A DNA stretch of 63,005 nt, the filler included, from Octopus bimaculoides (taxonomy: Eukaryota), in assembly GCF_001194135.2 (NCBI RefSeq). It is 4 parts of 4 records of this genome, joined end to end, with 100 filler letters (N's around TTAATTAATTAA, not from the genome) between each part and the next. Parts side by side here need not be neighbours in the genome. Positions count along the whole stretch, not along the records: positions 1 to 14,304 come from NC_068982.1; 3 more parts are not named here. The stretch is one strand, 5' to 3'. The notes under the pieces are model-generated. The model was not told where the DNA came from. It did no database searches and worked only from the letters and a program-made list of their open reading frames with translations. Below are positions 1-12,720 of the stretch, piece after piece. Numbering within the stretch: position 1 is the stretch's first letter; the number at the start of each line of letters is the position of its first letter. The translations under genes were made by a program, and so were the position numbers.

Positions 1-385
1 ATATATATTGTGTTATTTACATTTCGTGTTGCTCTGTAGGAGACGATCAAATCACAAATAGAAAGTGAGTCAGTTGAGGAGGGCTAGTATGGGAATGATG
101 ATGAATGTCTCACGGTCAATCTGGGCCAAAAACATCGCTTCCCGCTTTCTATTTCTCTCCCTTTCTCAGTCTTTCATTTATTCGCAGGCACGCATAAATA
201 CATGTAAACACAGAGACATATATGTATATATGTGTGTGTGTGTGTGTGTTTTTGTATTATGTAGTGTAGAATAGTGTAAACGTGTGTGCGTGCTGATGTA
301 CATATGTATGTATTAGCAAATTCACAAAGTTAGAAATATATTTCTGTTCGTAGCCAAAAAGACTCTGTATAACTCACAGGCTCTC

Positions 386-498
<113 letters not shown>

Positions 499-556
499 GC
501 CTTTCTCTCACTTTCTCAATGTAGCATTCATTTACACATTTACACACCATATATAT

Positions 557-652
557 CGCTCAATAAACACTCACAACGCCTGGTTTTGGGAATCGAAACC
601 GCAATCCTACGACCGGGAGTCCGCTGCCCTAATCACTGGACCATTGCGCCTC
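557..652 (-). mobile_element. tRNA-derived SINE head (family B, same as 12149-12520)
   Basis: Reverse complement reads ggaggcgcaatggtccagtgattagggcagcggactcc...ggtttcgattccc, i.e. A/B-box-like pol III head nearly identical to the copy at 12149. Confidence 0.85.
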
Positions 653-659
653 CACTAAA

Positions 660-728
660 GGAGTACTCCATCGGTTACGACGGCGTGGGTCCCAGCTGAT
701 ACGATCAACCGAACAGCTTGCTCGTGAG
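660..728 (-). mobile_element. SINE family B 3' tail fragment
   Basis: Reverse complement (cacgagcaagctgttcggttgatcgtatcagctggg...gtcgtaaccgatggagt) matches the tails at 12445-12510 and 50890-50950. Confidence 0.75.
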
Positions 729-1576
729 AGAGATGGAAGATGGACGATGTGAGAATGCTTACTGATCACTACAATTGTTCCGACACATCTAGCATCTTCC
801 GTCTCTCACATTAATCAAATACCCAACGAACACTGATTTATTAACTAATGTGTGTGTGTGTGTATTTGTGTGCGTTTGTGTGTGTGTATGTATGTACGTA
901 TGTATGTATGTATGTATGTATATATGTATAAATGTATGTATATATATATATGTATACATGAAGCGAAGAAATTCTGCGGATGTTATTTCAAATGCAAACT
1001 TTTGTGACTCGTCTTCTCATGTAATATGAATATCATATTCTGTTTATATTCCTAATATTTTTCTTACTTTATGTTTTTTTTAACGCAAATGCCATATTTA
1101 GAAAAATTTGAATAAAATTTAATAGAAAATAAAATTAAAGAGATGTTTTCCCGAAATGATCTATTACTGGTTTCAAAGTAAACATGAGAGAATTTTTAGA
1201 AAGTCGAATATATCTTTTATGATAAGCCATCTTAAATGTTATCACAGAACATATCTGGCCCTTTACATATTGTATTTCATATTATTTGGAAATTTATATA
1301 TAACTTCATATACTCATTTATTCTATTGGTATACATTCCTTTTATCATAGACATTTCTGCCGTTTATAAATCATATGGAACTGCATCAATAACACAATGG
1401 CATTTTTATATTATACATATTATATGGGGCTTTTAACATAGGATCTTATATGTTGTGATAAATATTATACTGACATTTTATTATATGATGATATACATTA
1501 TATGATATCTTATATGGATTTTACGACATCGATCTTCTCATATATTATAGTTCAACAATTATATATTATATAGACC

Positions 1577-1942
1577 TTGTATGTGAGATATGTAATAATA
1601 TACATATGGAAAATACTGGAAGGACTGGTGCCAAACTTTGGCATTAAGTACTACAAGAATGCCCGCACAGGTCGCCACTGCGTGGTACCAAAGGTGCCGT
1701 CCACTGCATCTCACATAAGAACGAGATACTGCAACAGCCTCGGTTTCAGAGGACTTCAGCTCTTTGATGCCCTGCCAAAACATTTGAGAGACCTGCAAGA
1801 CATGGATATAGAGGTCTTCAAGAGAAAACTCGATGCTTCCCTCTCCACGATACCAGACGAACCAAAGGCTCGAAATGAGACACAGTTTAGGGCAGTGATG
1901 TCAAATTCTCTTATACACCAGATGTGCTATCAAAACTCTTGA
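1577..1942 (+). mobile_element. CR1/L2-type LINE ORF2 C-terminal fragment
   Basis: Peptide YVIIYIWKILEGLVPN...RTGRHC...NSLGFRGLQLFDALP...VFKRKLDASLSTIPDEP is the typical post-RT C-terminus of CR1-clade ORF2. Confidence 0.8.
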
Positions 1943-2024
1943 TTGGACTATATCAGGTGGAGGAGAAGAGCCACGCAAGGAACGTAAAGAGAGCACAGCA
2001 TAAAGACGGAAAGTCATATATATA

Positions 2025-2463
2025 GGCGCAGGAGAGGCTGTGTGGTAAATAGCTTGCTTTCCAACCACATGGTCATGGGTTCAGTCCCACTGCGTGGCAG
2101 CTTGGGCAAGTATCTTCTACTATAGCCTCGGGCCGACCAAAGCCTTGTGAGTGGATTTGGTAGACGGAAACTGGAAGAAGTCAGTCGTATATGTATATAT
2201 GTGTGTGTGTGTGTGTGTGCGTGTGTGTGTGTGTGTGTTTGTGTGTGTCTGTGTGTGTATGTGTGTCCGAGTTTGTCCCCCCTCCCAACATCGCTTGACA
2301 ACTGATGCTGGTGTGTTTATGTCCCCATAACTTAGCGGTAGGCCAAAGAGACCAATAGAATAAGTACTAGGCTTACACAGAATAAGCTCTGGGGTCGATT
2401 TGCTTGACTAAAGGCGGTGGTCCAGAATGGCCGCAGTTAAATGACTGAAACAAGTAAAAGAAA
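2025..2463 (+). mobile_element. tRNA-derived SINE (family A) with internal (TG/TA)n array
   Basis: Head ggcgcaggag..tgtggt..ggttcagtccc, central cttgggcaagt (CORE-like) segment, internal microsatellite and tail ending gactgaaacaagtaaaag; near-identical to 39625-40045. Confidence 0.9.
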
Positions 2464-3025
2464 TATATATATANNNNNNNNNNNNNNNNNNNNNNNNNNN
2501 NNNNNNNNNNNNNNNNNNNNNNNNNNNNNNNNNNNNNNNNNNNNNNNNNNNNNNNNNNNNNNNNNNNNNNNNNNNNNNNNNNNNNNNNNNNNNNNNNNNN
2601 NNNNNNNNNNNNNNNNNNNNNNNNNNNNNNNNNNNNNNNNNNNNNNNNNNNNNNNNNNNNNNNNNNNNNNNNNNNNNNNNNNNNNNNNNNNNNNNNNNNN
2701 NNNNNNNNNNNNNNNNNNNNNNNNNNNNNNNNNNNNNNNNNNNNNNNNNNNNNNNNNNNNNNNNNNNNNNNNNNNNNNNNNNNNNNNNNNNNNNNNNNNN
2801 NNNNNNNNNNNNNNNNNNNNNNNNNNNNNNNNNNNNNNNNNNNNNNNNNNNNNNNNNNNNNNNNNNNNNNNNNNNNNNNNNNNNNNNNNNNNNNNNNNNN
2901 NNNNNNNNNNNNNNNNNNNNNNNNNNNNNNNNNNNNNNNNNNNNNNNNNNNNNNNNNNNNNNNNNNNNNNNNNNNNNNNNNNNNNNNNNNNNNNNNNNNN
3001 NNNNNNNNNNNNNNNNNNNNNNNNN

Positions 3026-3060
<35 letters not shown>

Positions 3061-3065
3061 TTAGA

Positions 3066-3440
3066 TAATACATATATGTATATAAAATTCTCCATCTAAA
3101 AGTGCTTGCTACATGCAATGAAGCAATATGCATGGCACTCACTGAAACGCATCTAGCCCCTGATGTAACAGATGCGGAAGTGCACATACAAGGGTATGCT
3201 GTAGTTTGTACACACAGAAGAGAAAGAAGCCACGGTGGAGCTGCTATGTATATCCGTGAAGATGTCACACCTCTTGTACTAATGTCACATTCAAACTCAG
3301 TTTGCAACACCTTAATAATACCTATAAAGCAAGCTGATGTAGCAGTATGCACAATATCTTGTCCACCGAATACCACAAAATATGATGGAAAATTTGAGGA
3401 TAGTATCAAACACATCGAAGAGATTTTAACAAACCTAAGC
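3066..3440 (+). mobile_element. LINE apurinic-type endonuclease fragment (CR1/L2-like)
   Basis: ALTETHL...EVHIQGY...HRRERSHGGAAMYIRE matches the APE-endonuclease motifs (xTETWL, IxGY, DRxxRxGGGVAxYI). Confidence 0.8.
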
Positions 3441-4306
3441 TCTTTCACCTGTGGCATATATCTGCTCCCTCAACAATGAAATGTCAAACAGACAACTACA
3501 TTATCTAAACTAAGAATGTAAAGAGATAACTAATTCCATTTTTCTGACTCATACAATAAAGTTATTCGAGCAGTTTAATATTTTTGAGGAAAACACAACT
3601 GAAGGTGAATAAATTTCAGACATTATTGAAATATGTGCTGGCATAATAAACATATTCAGTAGATTTTAAGAAGGAACAGATGATGTACTAACTTAGAAAT
3701 AAGAGAGTAAATTTAAATTTAGATGATGAAATAAGGGTGTCATTTACTATAGTCTTCTGAACTACCGTAGCTTAGATTGATGCTTAACCTAGTTTCCATA
3801 ATCAGATAAAAGGTTAATCTAACACGGATTTGAATAAGTTGCTGCTATGGTGTTTGGGATTTATCTCTTACGGACAGGTGCGCGGAAGTATGGAGTCCTA
3901 CTTTAAAATAACTAAAACAAAAAAAAGCAGCTAAACAAACACTTACATTGAATTTGAACTCAGTAAAACGCAATTGACAGTCGGATGCATTATCTGTTTA
4001 ATCATTTGTCTCACACTTAATAAAGGAGATCGTCTTCATAAATCCTTCCCAAGGACAATATATTTTCAACAGATTTAAGGAGGAGATGGTTATAAAGAAA
4101 GCACAAAAGACTATTAACGCTATTAATGTAGTTATCTCTTTTTTCTCTTCTCATTTCTATAGAAACTTGCCAAACGACTAATTGATTAAATGAATCCAAA
4201 CAGGAAAAGGCAAATCATGTATTGGATGCATCGCGTGCGCGCACACACACACACACACATACACACATCTACACACGCGCACTCACACACATTCATACAT
4301 ACACCA

Positions 4307-4356
<50 letters not shown>

Positions 4357-4410
4357 ATCACAAACGCTCACTCGCACACATGCGTACACGTGCATACATA
4401 CATACATGCA

Positions 4411-4442
<32 letters not shown>

Positions 4443-4478
4443 GGCACACACGCGCTCTCGTGTTCACATCCACATTCA

Positions 4479-4544
<66 letters not shown>

Positions 4545-5144
4545 ATTAGGACTTTTTATCAAAACTGATAAACTGATAATTGTTGTAAGATAGAATATGA
4601 AAAATTAGTTTGATTAATATTGTTCCGTTTTATATTTAGTTCACTTGTAATGCATCTGTGCACTTGAATCAAGAGGGCAATACACTCCGAATGAATAACT
4701 TTTGCCTGAACACATACACTCAAGCATATTCACGCACGCACATACATACGCAAGCGATCGATCACACACTCATACACATGCAATGCGTGTCCATGCATGC
4801 ACATAAACTTAGGTATGCGCACATATATGCATATGTATTTACGCTCGCACACACCAATCCGTCATTATATTTTCAAATAGCTCTGTCTACGGCTCAGATT
4901 TCACAATTAATACAGAAAAAAATAACGTACGTGTTGAGGAAGATCAGCAGGTAATTGCCTTTCTTGAATAGCGTTAATTTTCGGTGAGAAGATTCCCTCC
5001 AACATTTTCATTGGTCAATGTTATTGTTGGTGTTGTTTTTTATGTTTAATGGCGGGCATTTCTTTTAAATTAATTTGCTTTAGCAAACTAAATGTCGTTT
5101 GTTTTATTATTCTTTCTAATTTTGACACAAGACCATCAATTTTG

Positions 5145-5315
5145 ACGGCAGGGAACAAATTGATTTTTATCGACCCTAGCACATAACTGGTACCTTATTT
5201 CAACTACCTGGAAAGGATGAAAGGCAAAGTTGATCTCAGTAGGATTTGAGTTCAGAATGTAAAACGCTAAGCATTTTGTCTGATACGTTATCCTTTTGAC
5301 CAGCTCATCGCCTTC
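5145..5315 (-). mobile_element. SINE family C (diverged)
   Basis: Reverse complement contains caactttgcctttcatcctttcc...aataaggtaccag, the central module shared with 25932, 27755 and 61740. Confidence 0.7.
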
Positions 5316-7334
5316 CTTTGTTTTATAACAAATGGAAACTCATTACTAAATGAAAATGTGAAAAGTGCTGTAAAAATACCTCCGAAGCCTCTTATATTTG
5401 ATATTGTTTCCAACATTCACATGCGGATAAATTTTGACGCAATGTACAGATGTTTAAAGAGGAACCAGTGTTTTATTTATCAACTGCGGAAGGATACAAA
5501 AAGAAATTGACCCTTTTACACTAAAGCGTAAATTACCGTAAGTAAACACGTGAAGGAATTTTGTCTGCACCCTTATCAACACTGCCACTGCGTTGTCTTG
5601 AAAGTATATTAATATTAGGAACATTCCTTGAGTAGTGGATATTTAGAGCCGGTGGAGCGTCGGGCAACATACTTTGCCGCATTTTGTTAAATCTATTTGC
5701 TTCATGAGTTTGAAACCAAAAGAAGTCGACATCTGTCTTACTTCTTCCTGGAAAATTATATGACTACATGTGGATTTTGCTGTTATTTAACTTTAAACCC
5801 ACACCGATCCAACCGTGTTATAATGATCATTCCATGACTATACTGCCTTTAAAGACAGACAGTCTATCTAAGACTAAGTTAGCCAATATATCTTTCCTTT
5901 TGTTATGATTATACGAGAAAATTTGCTTAGTATTATTTCTTGCAGGTTAAAAAGCCCAGGTAGAAGTTTCTACATTATTCCATTAAAAACAAGTCATATA
6001 ATGTGGTCAACTGCAATCCTTCTCAAATGTCTGACCTTTGGTCATGTTAGTCAATATTAGGAAATCTGATTAATCAAATTAAAAATAACATCTAAGCTGT
6101 TTGCATAAGTTATATCACTTCCATTAATTGCATATAAAATTAAGTTAGTATTACAGATGATCTCAGATATCCAGTCCTGTATTAAATTGTTTTAGTATCA
6201 AACATAATCCTACGCAATTACCTAAATTATATTGCAATGAATAATATATGAGATGAGGAATAATTAATTTTTAATTAATCTAAAGGTTAGGATCTAAAGG
6301 ATAGGATCAAAACACATGGCTGAAGACTGGAGTTGTTTCGGGTGTTGATTAAAGTTTTTTAATTATAATATCTTATAACGCAACGTGTTTGACACTCCAG
6401 TCACTCTATAAAAGGCAAACTAAAATGTCAAAGACGTGGAAATGAGTGACAGTCAGAGATACGAGATGCAGGTGAAGTGCTGTAAGATATTATATACGTA
6501 AAAAAAACGAGCTAAGAGAAATAACTCGAAGTGGTCAATACCAATACCAATAACAACGAAGACGTCTGCAGAGACAGTTGGCTCAACAACCAGCCAGATA
6601 TTGTTTAGAAATCTGGGATGACACTACTGTACCTAGTGAACAGGATTTAGATAACAAATGCGTCAATAAAAATTGGTCGCTTCTGGATTTTACCAAACGG
6701 AGAGACCATGCAAGTTTAATTGCATCGTCATCTATAAAATCAATTGATTCTAACATTGACAAAGACAGTAACATCGATACCAATGTCCGAGAATATGTTG
6801 GTCTTGGTGTACAAGCCCTCAGCGCAAATTGACCAATCATCAAAACAATCCATTATTTTCTTTTTGGGATCAATGGATCATACATATATATGTGTACAAG
6901 TAGAGCCCCAGTATGAATATTCCTTTTATTTGTAGTTCGTCGTGAATGTCATCGAAACACGAAGTGTCTTGTGCATTTTTAGGCTTGGTGGAACCCATCC
7001 ACTTCACTACAGACGGTTTTTTCCAGAAAAAAAGAAACAAGCCGACAAAAAGAAAGAGGGGAGAGAACAGTAGACCGCATTACTGTATTGGCACTTTCTT
7101 TATATCCCCGAAGGAATACAATTTAAAGCTGGCCTCAGAACACAGAATTAGAAGTCTCTCTCAAAGTACAATCTGAATGTCTTAAAAAAGGATACATTTG
7201 CTATTTGTTTCCTGAATAGTAGTAACTTGGGGAAATGATGTAGTAGTTATGGCTAGGCTATCTTACATAATAGGTCTGCTCGATTAGGCCCAGCATCGGG
7301 CTAAATAATCATTTCTACTATAACCACGAGGCTT

Positions 7335-7525
7335 AAGATTTTAAGGGGGGGCGGATAATATCTATTACATTGACTCTAGTACACACCTGGTACTTATTTT
7401 ATCGATCCCGAAAGTATGAAGGACGAAGTCAACCTCGGCGGAATTTGAACTTAGAACGTAAAGACGGGTGAAATGCTGCTAAGCGTTTTGTCCGGTACAC
7501 TAATGAATCTGCCAGTTTGCCAGTA
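7335..7525 (-). mobile_element. SINE family C
   Basis: Reverse complement: gttctaagttcaaattccgccgaggttgacttcgtccttcatactttcgggatcgataaaataagtaccag. Confidence 0.8.
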
Positions 7526-8181
7526 GCAACAACAACGAGTGGGTGATCCTATATGCAGTTCTCTCTCCCTCAAATCATACCCTGTTGTGTAAAACAGAGT
7601 AGTAAAATGTACGAGGTCATGAAATCCTAATGAAATACAAAAAAGAAAGGATCGTCACGTTTGGAACGCCTTTCATCATAGGTGTGATGAAACATGGCTG
7701 ACTTGGTTCAAGATAAGAACAGTAATAACCACATGGATCTGCGTTTCATCTTCAATCCACCCCATACGATGCGTCCACAAGTATACCTTTACTAAATGCA
7801 CAATACCTCACCAGACAGTACTGCTCCAAATACTTCCAGTCAATCCTTCCTCCCCTGCACCGTCACGGAGAACAGTTCAGTTCAATACACTAAGCAGCAA
7901 GAATACTGCATAATTGATGAATGTTTCATTGCTTTGCAGTCAGGAACCGCTTCAAGGACATTAATGAGTAACGAATAAAGAAATGTTTCCACAGCAACGA
8001 CCACAGCACAAATAATAATGACACTAACAACAACAAGAACAACAGCAACGATGACGAATATGATAACGACAAAACAGCAACAACCTCAATGACTGCCACG
8101 CCTACAAAAGTTACAATATCAATGACAACATCTGAGACAACGATAAGAAGGAGGAGAAGGAGGAGGAGGAGAAGAAGAAAA

Positions 8182-8212
<31 letters not shown>

Positions 8213-8605
8213 GCAACAACAAAGTTATGTAAAGAAATTGCAGCTAAATCGCCCGTATATTACATACTACTGACTTTAAATGATTGGACACATTGAATAA
8301 CATGTTTGTATGTATCTTGTAACAAAGGATAACGATGGGATGTCATCTGGAAAATATTCAATCATAGATATATTTCATCGGAGCTGATCTTAGGTCAACA
8401 ACAACAACAACAACATGAAACCAATAGAGGAGCTTCAACTCGGATCAGCAGCCAATACTACTCTTAATCATAAGCCATAAAAAGTAAGATGTCACGTCGG
8501 GTGACATCTTGGATACAGTTTTCAAAATAGGGGCGCGGTTGATCATAGTCGCCCTGGGTTAAGCGACGGCGACAATAGTAATAATAATAATAATGATAAT
8601 AATAA

Positions 8606-9645
8606 ATCAAGGCTAATAGACCGGATACAGTTAGGGAAGTGAAAGAAATCAGCAAAAAAATGAGCAACTGGAAGGCCCCGGGACCAGATAGAGTTCAAAA
8701 CTACTGGATCAAAAGATTTGGTGAATGTCCTGCACGAATAGCTGCGCAACTCAACACCTTGTGAAATGCCGCCCAAGTAACACCAGAGTGGTTAACATTG
8801 GGTACTACAGTGCTATTCCTGAGAGACATCGAAAAGGGCAATACGGTAGACAATTACGGCCGATATCTTGTTTGTCACTTATGTGGAAGTTTTTGACTGG
8901 AATAGTCGCAGAGTCAATGTACGAAAGTCTCGAACAAAATGGAGTCCGGCCACCTGAGCAGAAGGGTTGCAAGCGTAAGTGCAGAGGTACCAAGGATCAA
9001 CTCCTGATAGATAAAACTGTACTTACAGACTGCGAGAGGAGGGAAAGTAACTTCAGCATGTCATGGATCGACTATCGTAAGGCGTGCGATATGATCCCAC
9101 ATTGAGTGTATGAACCTATTTGGAATTGAATCGAATGTTGAGCGATTGATTGGAAAAAAATATGGCTAATTGGAGGACGGACTTGACAGCATGCGGAAGA
9201 AGTTTAGGGAGAGTAGAAATTAGAAAGGGCATCTTCCAAGTAGAAATTAGGAGGGGCATATTCCAGTAGAAATTATGAGGGTTATCTTCCACATTCTTGG
9301 ATTATGGAGTGTGTGAACCTATTTGGTATTGCATCGAATGTTGAGCGATTACTTGGAAAAAGTATGGCAAATTGGAGGACGGACCTGACAGCATACGGAA
9401 GAAATTTAGTGACAATGGAAATTAAGATGGGCATCTTCCAAGGGGACTGCCTTTCCCCACTCATCTTTGTACTGTACTTGATATCACTAACACTGATTCT
9501 GAGGAAAGCAAAAGCTGGGTATATATTCAAAAGCCGCCAACAAAACGTCAACTATTTATTATTCATGGATGATCTCAAACTTTATGGTAAAGATGAAGTC
9601 CAAGTCAGTTCCCTCGTTGATACGGTATATACCTTCAGTATATAC
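8606..9645 (+). mobile_element. R4/Dong-type (RLE clade) LINE reverse transcriptase, degenerate
   Basis: Across frameshifts: [92 protein letters not shown]; these are RT domain motifs in the R4/Dong style. Confidence 0.88.
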
Positions 9646-9702
9646 TTGGCTTTGTATATTTTACCCCAGTGTCACTTTGATGGCATGCACCGCTCTCTCA
9701 CA

Positions 9703-9728
9703 TAATAATAATAATAATAATAATAATG

Positions 9729-9789
<61 letters not shown>

Positions 9790-9790
9790 A
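9703..9790. repeat. (AAT)n microsatellite flanking the R4/Dong fragment
   Basis: Direct reading; a second (AAT)n lies at about 8576-8605. Confidence 0.97.
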
Positions 9791-10421
9791 AATAATGAAA
9801 ACAGTAACAGCAACAGCAACACGTCTCACAAGTTTGACAATATGTCTGTATGATATCGCAGCAGTAAGCAGTGAGACAAGTAATTCCACATCGTTATTGT
9901 CACTAATGAATACAGAAAAAAAGTACCTAAATCAGATTTCCTATTTCTCTTTCCTTAAAATACATTTCTTTTGTATCTGTTCCGAATTCATTCAGTGTTT
10001 TACTTCAGTGTATAATTCTTCAACACGTTAACAGCAGTCGCTACATTTCTGAGATCCTATTTATATCAACAATTTAATTTGTTCTATTAAAGAATATTAA
10101 ATTTGTATATTTAACGTGTATACGTTCGCATACATATACGTACATGTGTTTGTGTTTGTGTGTGTGCGTGTGTGTGTGTATACGAGTGTATGCATGCGCA
10201 TCGTTACAAATTGGATTTGGTATATGCATATATGTATGCCTAAAATTAACTGTATTACGCCAATTAATTTTAAGCTGCATATAAATTAAATTTACATGTA
10301 TGTGTGTTAGCAAACACACAAATATGCGTGTATGCGAGTTTACTTGTATATGCATATATGTAGATATCTATGTATTTCTCTGTCTGTCTATCTATCTATC
10401 TAGATAGATAGATAAAATTTT

Positions 10422-10576
10422 GTGAAGATCCTTTCGGTATTCTGTATAGTACTATACCTCGTATAATTCTGAATCGTGGCAAGGTATGGAAGGTTTTCGG
10501 AGGACCGGAGAGATTATGTCTGGGTGGAGAATTATACGAGGTATAGTACTATACAGAATACTGAAAGTATCTTCAC
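10422..10576. repeat. 155-bp inverted repeat (49-bp arms, 2 mismatches), MITE-like or hairpin
   Basis: 10422-10470 gtgaagatcctttcggtattctgtatagtactatacctcgtataattct pairs with the reverse complement of 10528-10576. Confidence 0.9.
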
Positions 10577-11433
10577 CTCTTACATCACACCTTTCTTCCT
10601 ACTTCAACGCCGAGGTGGTATAATTTCCTGGGAGAGAAATAATTTTGTAAATTATACACATATTATATTATACACATATAAAGCTTGAAACACGTGTACC
10701 GCGGAATCCTTTGTAGTTTTGTTGTTATTTTTTGGATTTACAATTTATTCTTTCACCGCAACCACTAGCTGGAATACACAGGTGCTTACAATTGTCAAGT
10801 ATTACCTCTAAATTTCAATTTATCTAGATAGATAGATAGATAGATANNNNNNNNNNNNNNNNNNNNNNNNNNNNNNNNNNNNNNNNNNNNNNNNNNNNNN
10901 NNNNNNNNNNNNNNNNNNNNNNNNNNNNNNNNNNNNNNNNNNNNNNNNNNNNNNNNNNNNNNNNNNNNNNNNNNNNNNNNNNNNNNNNNNNNNNNNNNNN
11001 NNNNNNNNNNNNNNNNNNNNNNNNNNNNNNNNNNNNNNNNNNNNNNNNNNNNNNNNNNNNNNNNNNNNNNNNNNNNNNNNNNNNNNNNNNNNNNNNNNNN
11101 NNNNNNNNNNNNNNNNNNNNNNNNNNNNNNNNNNNNNNNNNNNNNNNNNNNNNNNNNNNNNNNNCTCTTAATTATAATTTTAATAATAATTACCTTTTGG
11201 GGTTTTTGTTCCCATACTGGCCACTTGATAGGATCGGTATTTTAAATAACGATCTTATCCTTATTTATATAAATTTATATATCTAGATAGATAGATAGAT
11301 AGATACATACATACATACATACATACATACTATATGGATGGATGGATGGTTGGATGAATGGCGGACAGTCAGACAGACAGACAGACAGACAGGCAGGTAG
11401 ACAGACTGACAGACAAGTTGCAGACAGACATAC

Positions 11434-11496
<63 letters not shown>

Positions 11497-11934
11497 CAAA
11501 CTGACACATACATACACACACACATAGGTATCTATTCTATTATGATATAATCTACATTGCTGATTTTAAAGGGATAAACACGCATTTTCGAAAGCCTGTT
11601 AGGAAAATATCTGAGAAGTGTGCAAACGAAAATTATCACTCCACAAAAGACCGCAGAGAGAAGAATAGCTTATTGACGTCATTAGTCACGTGCATGATAC
11701 GCTGCGAAGTAAACAATGCAATTCGGTATGGCTGTTTAGAAATTGCATTAATCCATTTGCTTCGGTAACATGGAACCAGCTAAAGACAGATTTTCATAAG
11801 CAGCAACAATCAGACTTAGCAGTCAACTTAGATCTCTGTATGGATGTGGCGTTCATTGCTTTCTTGTTATGAAATGAAAGGAAATTAACACAATCTGCAC
11901 TAGGGATGCGATATTTTTAATTGCTTTTTTTTAA

Positions 11935-12720
11935 AACATTTACTAGTTTCAGTCGTTGAACTGCAGCCATGCTGGAACACCACTTTTAAGAGTCTAATCG
12001 ATTAAATCGAAGCCCATTTTGTTAAACGGTGCATGGTGGGACAAGCACAAACACCAATATAAACACACGTGCGCGCAGACACACACACACATACACACAC
12101 GTATGTATGTATGTATGTATGTATGTATGTATGTATGTATGTATGGGTGGAGGCGCAATGGCCCAGTGGTTAAGGCAGCGCACTCGCGGTCATAGGATCG
12201 CGGTTTCGATTCCCAGACCGGGCGTTGTGAGTGTTTATTGAGCTCCATGAGGCTCCGGCAGGGGATGGTGGCGAACCCTGTTGTACTCTTCCACCACAAC
12301 TTTCTCTCACTCTTTCTTCCTGTTTCTGTTGTACCTGTATTTCAAAGGGCCAGCCTTGTCACACTGTGTCACGCTGAATATCCCCGAGAACTACATTAAG
12401 GGTACACGTGTCTGTGGAGTGCTCAGCCACTTGCACGTTAATTTCACGAGCAGGCTGCTCCGTTGATCGGATCAACTGGAATCCTCGACGTCGTAAGCGA
12501 CGGAGTGCCGACAACAACATGTATGTATGTATGTATGTATGTATGTATGTATGTATGTATGTATACGACGGACTTTCACGCAATTTCTATCTAACAAATT
12601 CACTCACAAGACATTGGCAGCTCCGAAGCTATAGTTGAAGGCAGTTGTCCCCGAAAATCCTATAGATTGAGACTGAACCTGAAACTGCGTGGCTGCAAGC
12701 GGAACTTCTTCACGACAACC
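11935..12720 (-). mobile_element. Old family A SINE, split by a nested family B SINE
   Basis: Family A tail (reverse complement) at 11940-12010 and family A head/central segment (reverse complement) at 12565-12720 surround the plus-strand insertion. Confidence 0.65.
12149..12520 (+). mobile_element. Full-length tRNA-derived SINE family B
   Basis: Head ggaggcgcaatggcccagtggttaaggcagcgcactcgcgg...ggtttcgattccc; tail ...gatcggatcaactggaatcctcgacgtcgtaagcgacggagtgccgacaacaac; flanked by (ATGT)n on both sides. Confidence 0.9.

Noticed and set aside
2425-2460. SINE tail stem cagt(t/c)...gactgaaac resembling the 3' half of the hammerhead motif
   Set aside because: No CUGANGA or UUGAAAA core upstream and no valid stem III or cleavage triplet.
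2373-3095. Long ORFs spanning N-runs (also 38613-39925, 41943-42286, 44799-45191, 47300-47683, 60960-61896)
   Set aside because: They are open only because N codons contain no stops.
6560-6790. Possible RTE endonuclease relic (NWSLLDFTKRRDH)
   Set aside because: Only one short, weak motif resemblance; too degraded to call.
12149-12225. tRNA-like sequences at SINE heads
   Set aside because: They have A/B boxes but continue directly into SINE bodies and recur many times; not called as tRNA genes.
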